A DNA stretch of 64,000 nucleotides from an uncultured Bacteroidales bacterium (GCA_903913285.1 CAIWKO010000060.1:55898-119897), one strand, 5' to 3'; positions 18,681-29,277 are shown, counted from the stretch's first letter. Notes: generated by a model not told the origin, from the letters alone. Translations and numbers: made by a program.

Positions 18681-20549
18681 TTATTTATCCAGTTGTGAAT
18701 ATACCGAATTCTGACTCTTGAATTCAGGTACTATCTCTTTCATCTTTTTAACCAGAAGCATGTTATCGTGCAAACTGAGCAACGATATTAATTCATCTAC
18801 CAAAGCAGCCACCTGCTGAAAATCCGGTGTATCTACTTTAGCGATCATGATTTGAGGGTTATGCGTAGGCAGGGTATTTTCTGTATCGTTCAATAATTCT
18901 TCATAGAGTTTCTCGCCGGGACGCAGCCCGGTGTAGGCTATCTGAATGTCTTTGCCCAAAGTAAGGCGTGATAGTTTTATCATCTTCTTTGCCAGATCCA
19001 ATATCTTAACCGATTTGCCCATATCAAAGATCATGATCTCACCTCCGTTGCCAAAAGCCCCTGCTTCGAGCACCAGTTGGCTGGCTTCGGGTATGGTCAT
19101 AAAATAGCGGGTAACTTCTGCATCGGTAATAGTTACAGGTCCGCCTTTTTCGATCTGTTCGCGAAACAAGGGTATCACCGATCCGTTCGATCCCAACACA
19201 TTGCCAAACCTCGTGGTGATAAAGCGTGTTTTGTTCTTTTGGTTCAGCGATTGGGTGTACATTTCTGCTATGCGTTTGCTGGCGCCCATCACATTGGTAG
19301 GATTCACTGCTTTGTCGGTCGACACCATCACAAACTTATCCACACCATATTCTACAGCCAGATCAGCAATGGTTTTGGTACCTTCTATATTGGTATGAAT
19401 TGCTTCCACAGGATTATTCTCCATCATCGGCACATGCTTATAAGCTGCAGCATGATAAATGATCTGCGGACTAAAGAATTCGATGATCTTCCGCATCCTT
19501 ACCTTGTTGGTTACATCGCATACAATAACCTCGAAATCCACTTTTTTGAACGACTCTTTCAGTTCAAGTTCCAGATGATATAAAGGCGATTCGGCCTGAT
19601 CGATCAAAATGATCCTGGCGGGCGAAAAACTTGCGATCTGTCTCACCAACTCACTGCCAATGGAACCCGCTGCTCCGGTAACCATCACACATTTGCCTAA
19701 TATATCATGACTGATGCGTTTCTCATCCAGCTTAATTTCTTCACGTTCCAGCAGGTCTTCGATATTAATCTTTTTGATCTGCTTAAAGCTCAGTTCTCCG
19801 TTTATCCATTTCCGCACGGGTGGCACGTTCAGCACTTTGGTGTTGTATGTCAGGCATTGTTCAATGATCTCTTGTTTTTTGGCCGGCTTGATATTTTGAA
19901 TCGAAATAATAAGATGCTCTATCGTGTTGGTTTGCAATAATTTTTCAAGTTTGTCGGCACTGTATATCGTAACGTCTTCTATTTTCATACCGGTCTTTTT
20001 AGGATCGTCGTCAATAAAAGCCAATACTTTATATTTGGTTCCCGCATCGCGGTCAAGCGAACGCTTGGCAATAACACCGCTTTCGCCTGCTCCGTATATC
20101 AATACATTCGTTTTATTCTTCGAAGGGTTGTTCATCTCCATATAGGTGATCTTGACCAAAATACGAAATGCAACCAAAACAAATGTTGTTGTTATAAAAT
20201 CGATAATGATGATAGAAATGGGAATAAAATTCCCGATTTGGAGTACGTAATCTGTAAGCACATCAGTTAAAACAAAAAACACCGTTCCCGCTATAGACAC
20301 AATAACGATGCGAATTGCATCGCCTGTGCTGGTATATTGTATAATTCCTTTATAAGTTTTTGCAATTATAAATGTAAGACCCCGAAAGCAAACCACAAAC
20401 GCCAGTACTTTTGGCAAGGCGGCAAGGTCTTTGGCAGGCAGATCGAAATTAAAGCGCAGGCAATATGCTAGCACTATCGAACAGGCACATATCAACAGGT
20501 CAATAAAATAAATTAACCAACGCGGAAGATTTAATTTTGTTGACGGCAT
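18681..20549 (-). CDS. CapD/PglF-like nucleoside-diphosphate sugar dehydratase
   Basis: N-terminal TM helices, VTGAAGSIGSEL, HAAAYKHVP, STDKAVNPTNVMGASKR, RFGNVLGSNGSV and GLRPGEKLYEEL. Confidence 0.93.
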   Translation of the reverse strand: MPSTKLNLPRWLIYFIDLLICACSIVLAYCLRFNFDLPAKDLAALPKVLAFVVCFRGLTFIIAKTYKGIIQYTSTGDAIRIVIVSIAGTVFFVLTDVLTDYVLQIGNFIPISIIIIDFITTTFVLVAFRILVKITYMEMNNPSKNKTNVLIYGAGESGVIAKRSLDRDAGTKYKVLAFIDDDPKKTGMKIEDVTIYSADKLEKLLQTNTIEHLIISIQNIKPAKKQEIIEQCLTYNTKVLNVPPVRKWINGELSFKQIKKINIEDLLEREEIKLDEKRISHDILGKCVMVTGAAGSIGSELVRQIASFSPARIILIDQAESPLYHLELELKESFKKVDFEVIVCDVTNKVRMRKIIEFFSPQIIYHAAAYKHVPMMENNPVEAIHTNIEGTKTIADLAVEYGVDKFVMVSTDKAVNPTNVMGASKRIAEMYTQSLNQKNKTRFITTRFGNVLGSNGSVIPLFREQIEKGGPVTITDAEVTRYFMTIPEASQLVLEAGAFGNGGEIMIFDMGKSVKILDLAKKMIKLSRLTLGKDIQIAYTGLRPGEKLYEELLNDTENTLPTHNPQIMIAKVDTPDFQQVAALVDELISLLSLHDNMLLVKKMKEIVPEFKSQNSVYSQLDK

Positions 20550-20851
20550 AATGTTCTTTTAAAAAAGAGTTCAAAGATAAAACTAAATTTTTTGTTACAA
20601 CTCAATTTCTTTAAGTCTGTTTCAAGCACAGATTATTATTTGATTATAATGGTTCATGCAACGAATGCAGAACATCGCAAATTGAAATAATCCCAATGAT
20701 ATCCGGAGTTTTAACACTTATCAATAATTTTTTCTGTCATTATCCCGAACCATACCTTATTAATTTATATTTTTGTCAAGTTTGCCGGCCGGTTTTTTGT
20801 GCCGCAACGTAATTTATCCATTTATTATAACATCTTTAAAAACATAAGAGA

Positions 20852-21940
20852 ATGAAAAGTACAGCATTTCGTAGTATTCACGAGGCAAACGGCGCCAAAA
20901 TGGTTGAGTTTGCCGGTTTTTATATGCCCATTCAATACGAAGGATTGATCATTGAGCACGAAACGGTTCGCAAAGCATTAGGAGTTTTCGATGTTTCGCA
21001 CATGGGCGAATTCTGGGTTGAAGGACCCAAAGCGCTCGACTTTGTGCAATATGTTACCTCCAACGACGCCTCCAAACTCTGGGACGGTAAAGTTCAGTAT
21101 TCATGCTACCCCAACGGCAAAGGCGGCATTGTCGACGACCTGCTGGTATATCGTTTCGGACCCGAAAAGTTCTTACTGGTTGTTAATGCAGCCAACATCG
21201 ACAAGGACTGGGCCTGGGTGAACCAGAACAACAAATTTGGTGTAAAACTTACCAATGCATCCGACGAAACTTCACAACTGGCCATTCAGGGTCCGCTGGC
21301 ATTGAAAGCCATGCAGAAACTAACCGACACCACCGTGACGGATATGGAATATTATACCTTTAAAGTGTTGAAATTTGCAGGTGTGGATGATGTTTTGTTT
21401 TCTACCACAGGTTACACCGGTTCGGGCGGATGCGAGATCTATTTCCCTAACAAATATGCCGACCTGATGTGGAAAGCAGTGATGGATGCCGGTAAAGAAT
21501 ACGGAATAAAACCTATCGGTTTGGCAGCACGCGACACCCTGCGCCTCGAAATGGGATTCTGTTTGTACGGAAACGATATCAACGACACCACCTCTCCTAT
21601 CGAAGCCGGTTTGGGATGGATCACCAAATTCACCGACGAAAAGAATTTTATTGATAAAGAACTCAACCTGAAACATAAGAACGAAGGTGTAAGTCGCAAA
21701 CTGGTAGGTTTCGAAATGATCGACCGCGGCATACCACGTCATTATTACGAAATTTGCGATGCCGATGGCAACAAGATAGGCGAAGTAACCTCAGGAACCA
21801 TGGCTCCTTCACTTCAAATAAACATCGGTATGGGTTATGTAAAAACAGCTTATTCGAAAGTTGATACCGAAATCTATATCAAGATACGCGATAAACTTAT
21901 CAAAGCTAAAGTGGTGAAATTCCCGTTCTATAAAGGATAA
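20852..21940 (+). CDS. gcvT: Glycine cleavage system aminomethyltransferase T
   Basis: [25 protein letters not shown] and [13 protein letters not shown]. Confidence 0.97.
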   Translation: MKSTAFRSIHEANGAKMVEFAGFYMPIQYEGLIIEHETVRKALGVFDVSHMGEFWVEGPKALDFVQYVTSNDASKLWDGKVQYSCYPNGKGGIVDDLLVYRFGPEKFLLVVNAANIDKDWAWVNQNNKFGVKLTNASDETSQLAIQGPLALKAMQKLTDTTVTDMEYYTFKVLKFAGVDDVLFSTTGYTGSGGCEIYFPNKYADLMWKAVMDAGKEYGIKPIGLAARDTLRLEMGFCLYGNDINDTTSPIEAGLGWITKFTDEKNFIDKELNLKHKNEGVSRKLVGFEMIDRGIPRHYYEICDADGNKIGEVTSGTMAPSLQINIGMGYVKTAYSKVDTEIYIKIRDKLIKAKVVKFPFYKG

Positions 21941-21958
21941 ACTATAATCCATTTTTCT

Positions 21959-21990
21959 AAAAAAAGCCGTCCGCAAGGATGGCTTTTTTT
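21959..21990 (+). terminator. Rho-independent terminator after gcvT
   Basis: AAAAAGCCGTCC-GCAA-GGATGGCTTTTTTT. Confidence 0.85.
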
Positions 21991-22111
21991 ATTTCAGCCA
22001 GAATATGCATTCAATACAAAATTTTATTTGACTTCTATATTGTTTTTATCTTAACTTTGTTATCATAATTTTCGTTTAACGGTTCATATTGTATAACTAA
22101 AGTGTAATAAA

Positions 22112-22852
22112 ATGAAAACAAAAACCATTATCCTTTTCTTCACAATGTTATTTATAGCTTGTGGTGCTTTTGCTCAAAACGATCTGCAGGATGTAGTTTA
22201 CCTGAAGAACGGCGGCATCACCCGCGGAACCCTCATCGAACTGGTACCCGACCAGCACATAAAAATTCAAACGGTAGATGGCAATGTGTTCGTGTATCAG
22301 ATGAGCGAAATTGAAAAATATGTGAAAGAACCTGCCTACAGACCACAGCCTCAATCAATGCATTACGTTGCAAAAGACACCACCGGAATGAAACGTGGAT
22401 ATTACGGGGTAATAGAGTCGGGATTGGGAGTGAGTTTTGGATATAATACCAGCATACTGTGTACAAAGCTAAACATCATAAGCGGATACAGAGTGAATCC
22501 GTGGTTTGCTGTTGGCGGTGGTTGGGGAATACGGATCAACCCGGGCAACGAAATGTATATGCCTGTATTTATTGATGTGCGAACCAATTTTTTCAACAAA
22601 CGTTCATCACCTTATATTTCACTCGATGCCGGCTATGGATTATGCCCATCGAATCATAGAATAAGCGGTTTTATGCTGTCGCCCACTTTTGGTGTGAGCG
22701 TTAAACTCAAACCAAATTTTGCTATCAATTTGGGATTAAATTATGAAATGCAGCACTTTGACCATCCTTATTCCAGTTATTGGGAGTCATACTTAACAAA
22801 CGAAACCCGCTATCAACACACCATAAGTTTTTTGTTTGGGGTTTGTTTTTAG
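22112..22852 (+). CDS. Outer-membrane beta-barrel hypothetical protein
   Basis: Signal peptide, DVVYLKNG..RG small N-domain, alternating beta pattern and C-terminal Phe. Confidence 0.75.
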   Translation: MKTKTIILFFTMLFIACGAFAQNDLQDVVYLKNGGITRGTLIELVPDQHIKIQTVDGNVFVYQMSEIEKYVKEPAYRPQPQSMHYVAKDTTGMKRGYYGVIESGLGVSFGYNTSILCTKLNIISGYRVNPWFAVGGGWGIRINPGNEMYMPVFIDVRTNFFNKRSSPYISLDAGYGLCPSNHRISGFMLSPTFGVSVKLKPNFAINLGLNYEMQHFDHPYSSYWESYLTNETRYQHTISFLFGVCF

Positions 22853-22858
22853 CCCATT

Positions 22859-24805
22859 TCATTTTGGCAAATTCTTAGTTATACCTTTCATCTTTTCCGT
22901 TAATTCCAAGCGATTATTTTTTTCGGCGAAATCTGAGATATATTGAAGCACTTTTATGGCTTCATCCAGATCATCTTTCACAGTTTGCCGGCTCTTATTA
23001 TCAAGCGAATTATAGTATTTCATTTTCTCTTCATAGATATCTGCAATACGTTCCAAAATAATGTCGCCTTTTTTTAGTTCCCCGCTGTTAATATAAAGTG
23101 TACCATAATTCAGGATGTACTTATCAAACGCTATCAAAGAATCCGGCACTATTTCCAGTCCTTTATTCAAAAATGCAATGGCCCTGTTTGTATCTCCATC
23201 TGTCAATAAGGCCACAGCCAACTTGGCATAAAGAATACGATACCAAACAAACATATCACGGGTAAAATTATCGCTTCCGGTATGTTTGTCAATTTGAGTA
23301 CCGTATTTAAATACGTTCATTAACAGATCATACGATCGTTCTTTCAGCACATCTCCCCCTGGCAAACTATCCCGTTTGACCGGCATAAAACGGTAAACTA
23401 TCCCTTCCAGATAACAGTATTTTTCAACATCAAGAAAATCCATCAGGCTAGATGGACTTGCAAAACAGATAGGGCGCTCCCAGTGGTTGGAAGCAATAAT
23501 ATCGAGCAACAGCAGGTCATTTTTGTATAGATTCTCTTCATTCACTTTCCAAAAAACGGTGTCACACAAACGGCTTCTCATCGATGCAGGAATCATGTTC
23601 TTTTTTATCAAAGCTTCTTTATCAGCAGTCAAAAAGAAATTCTTGCTTGGGTAATAACTTATATATTTCCCGTTTGCCATCATCAATTTACTTGCTATAT
23701 CATCGCTGTTAACCGAATCAATAAATGTTTTTACATTTAAACTTTTCACCGATGGGTTTTGTGAATATTCAACCCACTCGTTGCTCCCGGTTTTATATTT
23801 ATTAAAAGGTATGGTCGTTAATACTGGTTCCGAGAGATTGTGTTTAAGGTATAATTGCGCGATATACCACTCGGAGAATGCCAGAGTGAAATTTAAAACC
23901 CTCACGTCTGTTCTGTATCCTTCAGCTTCCTGCACATACAAGACGGGGTAGGTATCGTTATCACCGTTCGTTATCAGAATAGCATTGGGCGGACAAGAGT
24001 TCAGATAATTTTTTGCAATGTTAATTGCTGCATCGTTATAAAGGCCGGGAATCATAAACTCTTTGGCCAGCTTATCTTCTTTAATACTTACAAGATTCAT
24101 CCATGCATCAACATAATCGTTCGATAATTTCTCAGGAGCATAACCCACGATGGTTTGAAAATACGGATTGCGCTCGGCTAACTCTTTAATTGTTGCAATA
24201 CATTTTTTTTCAAAGAACACATAATTATCAACTTGTTCCTTGCTTGCTTTTTCATATCCGAGAATTTTCTTTTTTTGTGTATGATACATGTACTGACCGC
24301 GCAAAAATGCTTCGGCATAATTAGTATACGCCCTTCCCAGCCCGTAAAGTACCGAATCCGGCAAATTCCTGTTCTTCCCAAAAGCACTTATCACATCCCG
24401 ATCCCAGCCATTATAACCATAATAGGGATTAAATCTCCAGTCGTCAGAATTACAACTTGCCAGATAGGCTCTTATATAACTGCTATCGGTTTTGCCTTTT
24501 GTATAGTGGGTAAGAGGAATAAACTTAGCGGTTTCAAGATCCCAGAACTTTTCAACATCACGACCAACAAACTCATCCGTCTCATATACTGATTTCGAAG
24601 CATACCAGCCATCAGGTTTTCGGCATAATTCTATATTATCATCAACTTTATTATAATGGTTAAAAAAGTAATTGGCAGCATCATATAATGAAGGATACTT
24701 TTTTAATATCGCAGGATCGGTCTTTAAATATGTAATATCACTATCCTGCGCACGACACCATAGTGCGCAAAAACAAATTAAAATAACGATTCCGGCTCTT
24801 TTCAT
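22859..24805 (-). CDS. Secreted protein whose C-terminal part resembles the extramembrane region of DUF2723 glycosyltransferase-like proteins
   Basis: Signal peptide; AKNYLNSCPPNAILITNGDNDTYPVLYVQEAEGYRTDVRVLN and WERPICFA motifs; no multi-pass TM block. Confidence 0.65.
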   Translation of the reverse strand: MKRAGIVILICFCALWCRAQDSDITYLKTDPAILKKYPSLYDAANYFFNHYNKVDDNIELCRKPDGWYASKSVYETDEFVGRDVEKFWDLETAKFIPLTHYTKGKTDSSYIRAYLASCNSDDWRFNPYYGYNGWDRDVISAFGKNRNLPDSVLYGLGRAYTNYAEAFLRGQYMYHTQKKKILGYEKASKEQVDNYVFFEKKCIATIKELAERNPYFQTIVGYAPEKLSNDYVDAWMNLVSIKEDKLAKEFMIPGLYNDAAINIAKNYLNSCPPNAILITNGDNDTYPVLYVQEAEGYRTDVRVLNFTLAFSEWYIAQLYLKHNLSEPVLTTIPFNKYKTGSNEWVEYSQNPSVKSLNVKTFIDSVNSDDIASKLMMANGKYISYYPSKNFFLTADKEALIKKNMIPASMRSRLCDTVFWKVNEENLYKNDLLLLDIIASNHWERPICFASPSSLMDFLDVEKYCYLEGIVYRFMPVKRDSLPGGDVLKERSYDLLMNVFKYGTQIDKHTGSDNFTRDMFVWYRILYAKLAVALLTDGDTNRAIAFLNKGLEIVPDSLIAFDKYILNYGTLYINSGELKKGDIILERIADIYEEKMKYYNSLDNKSRQTVKDDLDEAIKVLQYISDFAEKNNRLELTEKMKGITKNLPK

Positions 24806-24829
24806 GTAATGGTTTTTTTTATTTTTCCA

Positions 24830-24862
24830 AGTCGTAGTACGACTTGAAGTCGTGCTACGACT
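24830..24862. repeat. REP-like near-perfect palindrome
   Basis: AGTCGTAGTACGACTT-G-AAGTCGTGCTACGACT (16-bp arms, one mismatch). Confidence 0.75.
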
Positions 24863-25002
24863 ACTATTTAAAATCCTTTCAACGAAACTTCAATAAAAGG
24901 CTATTCTATTGCTTCGAATTTTTTATTGATCAATGATAGTAATACTGAGGCAGAGACTGCTGATGAAAGTGAGCTGCTGGCTTATTTTATCTATGATCTG
25001 TC

Positions 25003-26010
25003 CTATTGAAAAATTCTCTTTTCTATCTTTTTCAGTACAACAAGGTCATCAATTGTCTTTTTTAAATAGCTTACCATTTCTGGAATTTGTTCTTCATTTT
25101 CAATTATAAACTTAGCTAATTTTTCATAACGACCAATTGTCAAAACACCATCCGAGTCAACGGTCTCCCAATTTTTTAAATTTTTCTTTAATACATTAAA
25201 CAAGTTATCTGTTTCTTTATACTTATCTGAAATTGTCAATTCAATTTCTGTTCCAATGTAAACTTCTTCATTAGACCACCAAAAGAATCCTATATTTACA
25301 AATGACTTAAATTTGCTTTTAACATCTACATAATGATAGGTAGCATAAGAAAATTCTCTTTCAATTTTAGTACTTCTTGATGATTGCTTAGCCAATCCGC
25401 AAATTTTATTTTCATAATATTCAGTGATCCCATCAATAACTTCATTCATTTTGCTTATTGTATCAGTTATTTTGGTTAATACGTTTAGGTCGGAATAATT
25501 AAAATTTTTTGAGTCTGCCATGTTTTCTTCTTTTAAAAATGATTTGAATTCGTTCGTTAATTGGGTGTTTTTTTTATCTATTATTTGAAAAATATCAGCC
25601 CACTTCATCAAGTGGAAAAGAACTGATTTGTCATATATTTCTTTTAAGTTGTAATATTTTGTTAGGTATACAAGATGTCTCTTTGTGATAGATTTACTTA
25701 GTAAAATCTTTTTATAGTCGTCCAGTTGGTTTGGTCTCTCAAAGTGTTCTATTTTACATTCAATTAAAATACAAGTTTTTTTTGTCGGAATATTTATTTC
25801 AATATCAGGTCTGCCAAACTCATAGCTTTTTTGTGTTTTGATAGTCGTTTCGCTGTCAGCCTGCAAGTCAAGTTTTTCAAGAAAGTTGTCACGAAATAAT
25901 TTGTCTGCCTGTAAACAATTTGCGAAAATTTCTATTAAGAAATTTTCTTTGGAATTGGTGTTTTCTCTTTCCCTGTATGAATATATTTTACTAAAAACTG
26001 ATTCTGTCAT
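25003..26010 (-). CDS. PD-(D/E)XK nuclease superfamily protein
   Basis: EN...E helix, then GRPDIEI...ILIECKI....RPNQLDDY and VYLT, typical of PDDEXK_4-like proteins; AT-rich. Confidence 0.8.
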   Translation of the reverse strand: MTESVFSKIYSYRERENTNSKENFLIEIFANCLQADKLFRDNFLEKLDLQADSETTIKTQKSYEFGRPDIEINIPTKKTCILIECKIEHFERPNQLDDYKKILLSKSITKRHLVYLTKYYNLKEIYDKSVLFHLMKWADIFQIIDKKNTQLTNEFKSFLKEENMADSKNFNYSDLNVLTKITDTISKMNEVIDGITEYYENKICGLAKQSSRSTKIEREFSYATYHYVDVKSKFKSFVNIGFFWWSNEEVYIGTEIELTISDKYKETDNLFNVLKKNLKNWETVDSDGVLTIGRYEKLAKFIIENEEQIPEMVSYLKKTIDDLVVLKKIEKRIFQ

Positions 26011-26157
26011 TTTTTTATAATTGATGTCGTTTCAAAAAGCAGCGTACTATTTAAAATCCTTTTTACAAAACTTGGTCAATTGGTGTAGTTACAAACTACA
26101 ATTACAAAATGCGAAGCTTGAAACTTTGCATAACTTAAAATATTACCTGTTAACTTA

Positions 26158-27381
26158 TTAATAAAGTTGAACAGTTTTCTGCCCATATTTGATATCAGTA
26201 TAGTTGTCAGATATTTTTTTAATTACCAAATATTCAAATACTTCTAAAGACTTCCTGATTAGGGGAATAATAGTTTGAAAGTCGTTTGTATTCGATAATG
26301 AAATATGATATTCACTTTCTTTATTATGAACAATACAGCATCTTAATCCATAAATAAACTCTGCTACTTTGCGTATTGAACTTGGACTGAAACCATCAAC
26401 AATTTTTTTGTCTCTTAAAAAAGTTATTTCATTCGCATTAGCCACTGGTGTCAATGCAGGCTTTATTATTGATACAAGGTCAGGTGTGAATATTTTCGAA
26501 AAATTTCTGATAAAAGATTCTTTTTCTCCCTTTTTCATACTTTCTGCTGAATTAATAAATTCTCTCACAAAAATTCTACTTGACCCAACGCGATTTACTA
26601 AATCAACTAAATAAACCCGATAGACTAAATATTCAAAAGTGTGATAAAGTCTTAAAAAACGATTCAAGATGTCTGGAGATTGATTTAGTTCGTTTATTAC
26701 ATCATAAATATCAAAATACTGTTCATAATCTTTAGTTGAATCAAAAGATAAACCTGGATAAATTAATGTTTTTGAATACTTTAGATCACTTTGAAGAAGT
26801 ATCGACTTGGCATCATTTAAAAAAGACAAATAAATAAATGGGTAGTGTTTGTCTTCATCAAAAGGAATAGCTGACTTGTTAATTACTAGTCCTTTATTTA
26901 AATCTAGGTTTGAAATAATGTCGAAGAATTCATTTATAAAAACATTATTTACAATTGAGTAGCATCTTTCTAAATACTCTTCAATTTGCTTCCAAATTAT
27001 TTCGAAATTTGGCTTTGATAAATCAATTATGTCGCCACTATCAAAAAGCGTTGATGACGATACAAATCCATAGTCAGTGTTTGAATATGCGAACCTTCTG
27101 TTTCTATTTTGAAATTTAGGTTGGGAAAAATCAATCTTTGTTGGATTTCCGATTATTGTGTAAGGTAAACTTAAAAATCCACCTTTATTATCTTTCCTTA
27201 TTTGTTCAAGTGATTTTATGAATTTCTGAAAAATAGGAGGTGGGTTCAATAGTAATAACCATTGTAGCCCTTCTTCAAGATTATCATCAATATCAATAAT
27301 ATCAATTAGGTCTTGATCATTAAATCCCAAGTAAGTATTTAAAGATAGGATGACCTTTGATAAAAGTTCGTTACCTGTCAT
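26158..27381 (-). CDS. HEPN-like (RxxxxH) domain protein, putative defence effector
   Basis: RFLRLYHTFEY upstream helix and IYGLRCCIVHNKESEYH (R-x4-H); AT-rich; starts 6 bp after the upstream gene's stop. Confidence 0.65.
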   Translation of the reverse strand: MTGNELLSKVILSLNTYLGFNDQDLIDIIDIDDNLEEGLQWLLLLNPPPIFQKFIKSLEQIRKDNKGGFLSLPYTIIGNPTKIDFSQPKFQNRNRRFAYSNTDYGFVSSSTLFDSGDIIDLSKPNFEIIWKQIEEYLERCYSIVNNVFINEFFDIISNLDLNKGLVINKSAIPFDEDKHYPFIYLSFLNDAKSILLQSDLKYSKTLIYPGLSFDSTKDYEQYFDIYDVINELNQSPDILNRFLRLYHTFEYLVYRVYLVDLVNRVGSSRIFVREFINSAESMKKGEKESFIRNFSKIFTPDLVSIIKPALTPVANANEITFLRDKKIVDGFSPSSIRKVAEFIYGLRCCIVHNKESEYHISLSNTNDFQTIIPLIRKSLEVFEYLVIKKISDNYTDIKYGQKTVQLY

Positions 27382-27387
27382 AGCTAT

Positions 27388-28620
27388 CTATTTTTCTCTT
27401 ATTTGATTAAATATTTCACTCCAAGTCAATTGCTTTTCTTCGAGCAATGATTGAGTATATTCCATTACAACTTTTCTAATGAAAGAACCAATATTTACCG
27501 ACCTACTGGAAAGCACATTATATTCGTTCGTGAACTGAGTTAAGTTAAGTCCATTTTTTGTAATAGAATTATTCAACTTTTCGAAAACATCATTAGTTTG
27601 ACTGAAAACATTTTCTGGGTCTTGGAGGTTAATTTTCCTACCAATTGCTGCGAATATACCGCTAAGAGAAGTATCCTTAGAAAACCATTCTTTCCCTTTC
27701 GCGTCATTTATAGAAATCAATTTATCCAGCTCAAATAACTTATTTAAAAACAAGTCTAGGTATTCTTTACTAAAAACTATATCATATACTTTCTCTGGTG
27801 TTTCTTCACTATCAATAAATTCGTTTTCAATTAATTTGTCAGTTGATACTCTTAGTGGTTTGCCTTCCACTAGCGATTGTAGAGCTACTATAACGGAAGA
27901 AAACATAAACTGACCTAATTCTCTGATTCCCCTTTTTATATCGTTAGCATTTATATTTTTTTCTCTAAAAAGTTGTATTGGGGTATCAGAATTATTTATT
28001 GTTTCAAAATAATGAAGAAATAACAGCTCAAATTGGTGGGTCTTTGATACAGATTTTTGTCCTGCATTTAAGAGTAGCATTTTTTGAATTACTTCTTTCT
28101 CATTTAACCCAGTCCAAATGGTAAAATAAACATCATAATTGCTAAATCTTGATGGTATTTTCTCTATTTCATTTGTTTCAATTAATGATTTTATTAAACG
28201 AGTTGACATGACTCCTGAATCAAAAAATAATGGATTTATTTCCTTCAACTCTTTTGCAAAAGTTCTATAATCAGATTTTGTCTTAGAATATTGCTTTGAT
28301 GTGGCGAGATGAGCCCATAAGCGGAAAGACCGTTGAAGTCCATCTAAAATTTCAGTTTCAGACAAATCAAAAGAGACTTGATTATAATCTATTTCATTAA
28401 GTTTTGATTTTTTATATGTAAGTGTAATAGTAGGGATAGGGTCGCCTATCTGTATTGTTGAGTAGAGTTTGTCTAAATATTGATTTTTGACAATCCTTCT
28501 CTGAATTGCATACTCGTAGAAATCTATTTTCAAACCTTCTAAGTAATCTATTAATTTCCCTTTACATAGATACCAAGTCCTATGTTGGATTTCCTTTTTG
28601 TCTAGAATTTCTATTTCCAT
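27388..28620 (-). CDS. DGQHR/DndB/DUF262-like (ParB-superfamily) domain protein
   Basis: IQRRIV, GDPIPTITL, EILDGLQRS and MLLLNAGQKSV motifs. Confidence 0.7.
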   Translation of the reverse strand: MEIEILDKKEIQHRTWYLCKGKLIDYLEGLKIDFYEYAIQRRIVKNQYLDKLYSTIQIGDPIPTITLTYKKSKLNEIDYNQVSFDLSETEILDGLQRSFRLWAHLATSKQYSKTKSDYRTFAKELKEINPLFFDSGVMSTRLIKSLIETNEIEKIPSRFSNYDVYFTIWTGLNEKEVIQKMLLLNAGQKSVSKTHQFELLFLHYFETINNSDTPIQLFREKNINANDIKRGIRELGQFMFSSVIVALQSLVEGKPLRVSTDKLIENEFIDSEETPEKVYDIVFSKEYLDLFLNKLFELDKLISINDAKGKEWFSKDTSLSGIFAAIGRKINLQDPENVFSQTNDVFEKLNNSITKNGLNLTQFTNEYNVLSSRSVNIGSFIRKVVMEYTQSLLEEKQLTWSEIFNQIREK

Positions 28621-28886
28621 TTCGAATAGTTATTGATTTTTAGCTTGTAGGCAAAATTTGTATGAAACATTGATATAATTTTTATTCTACCTATTCAGTA
28701 GGTGCAATCCATGTATCCATTGGCCAAGTTTCCAAACTTCCCACAAAAATATTCTTTAGTTTCCAATCACATACAAATTTCACCTCAAATATATAAATTT
28801 ATTCGATTGAAAATTATTTTTTCAAAAAAAATCATATTATTTTCTCAAAAAAAAACAACGATTAAAGCTTTAAAAAACATAAAAGT

Positions 28887-29138
28887 CAAATTGAAAACAA
28901 CGATTATCAAAATCTGAACAATGGATTACAAAATCTGAACAACGACAATCAAAATTATGACTATGGATGACAAAAATATGACAATGGATGACAAAATCTG
29001 AACAACGACAATCAAAATTATGACAATGGATGACAAAATTATGACAATGGATGACAAAATGGAGTCAACGACGATCAAATTCTGAACAACGACAATCAAA
29101 ATTACGACAATGGATGACAAAATGGAGTCAACGACAAT
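28887..29138 (+). repeat. 21-bp tandem array A1 (CAAAAT-NNNNN-CAA-YGRNNAN type), 12 units
   Basis: Units such as CAAAATCTGAACAACGACAAT, CAAAATTATGACAATGGATGA and CAAAATGGAGTCAACGACAAT in exact 21-bp register. Confidence 0.92.
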
Positions 29139-29277
29139 CAAAATGTAAAAAATCAAAACAAAAAAACAAATCAAGTTGTTAATTATCAATATAATAATAA
29201 ATAAGTCAACCAATTTACTTCTTAACAAATTAACCAACGAACTCAAAAATCACACCCCTAAAACAAAAATAACAACA

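Noticed and set aside
20550-20851. Glycine riboswitch upstream of gcvT
   Set aside because: No GGAGA...CCGAAG / CTCTCAGG aptamer motifs visible.
26074-26157. Integron attC site between the defence genes (GCATAAC/GTTATGC; also TTGCACGCAACG near 46427)
   Set aside because: Only isolated core-like heptamers; I could not build a paired R''-L''-L'-R' structure, and no integrase is present.
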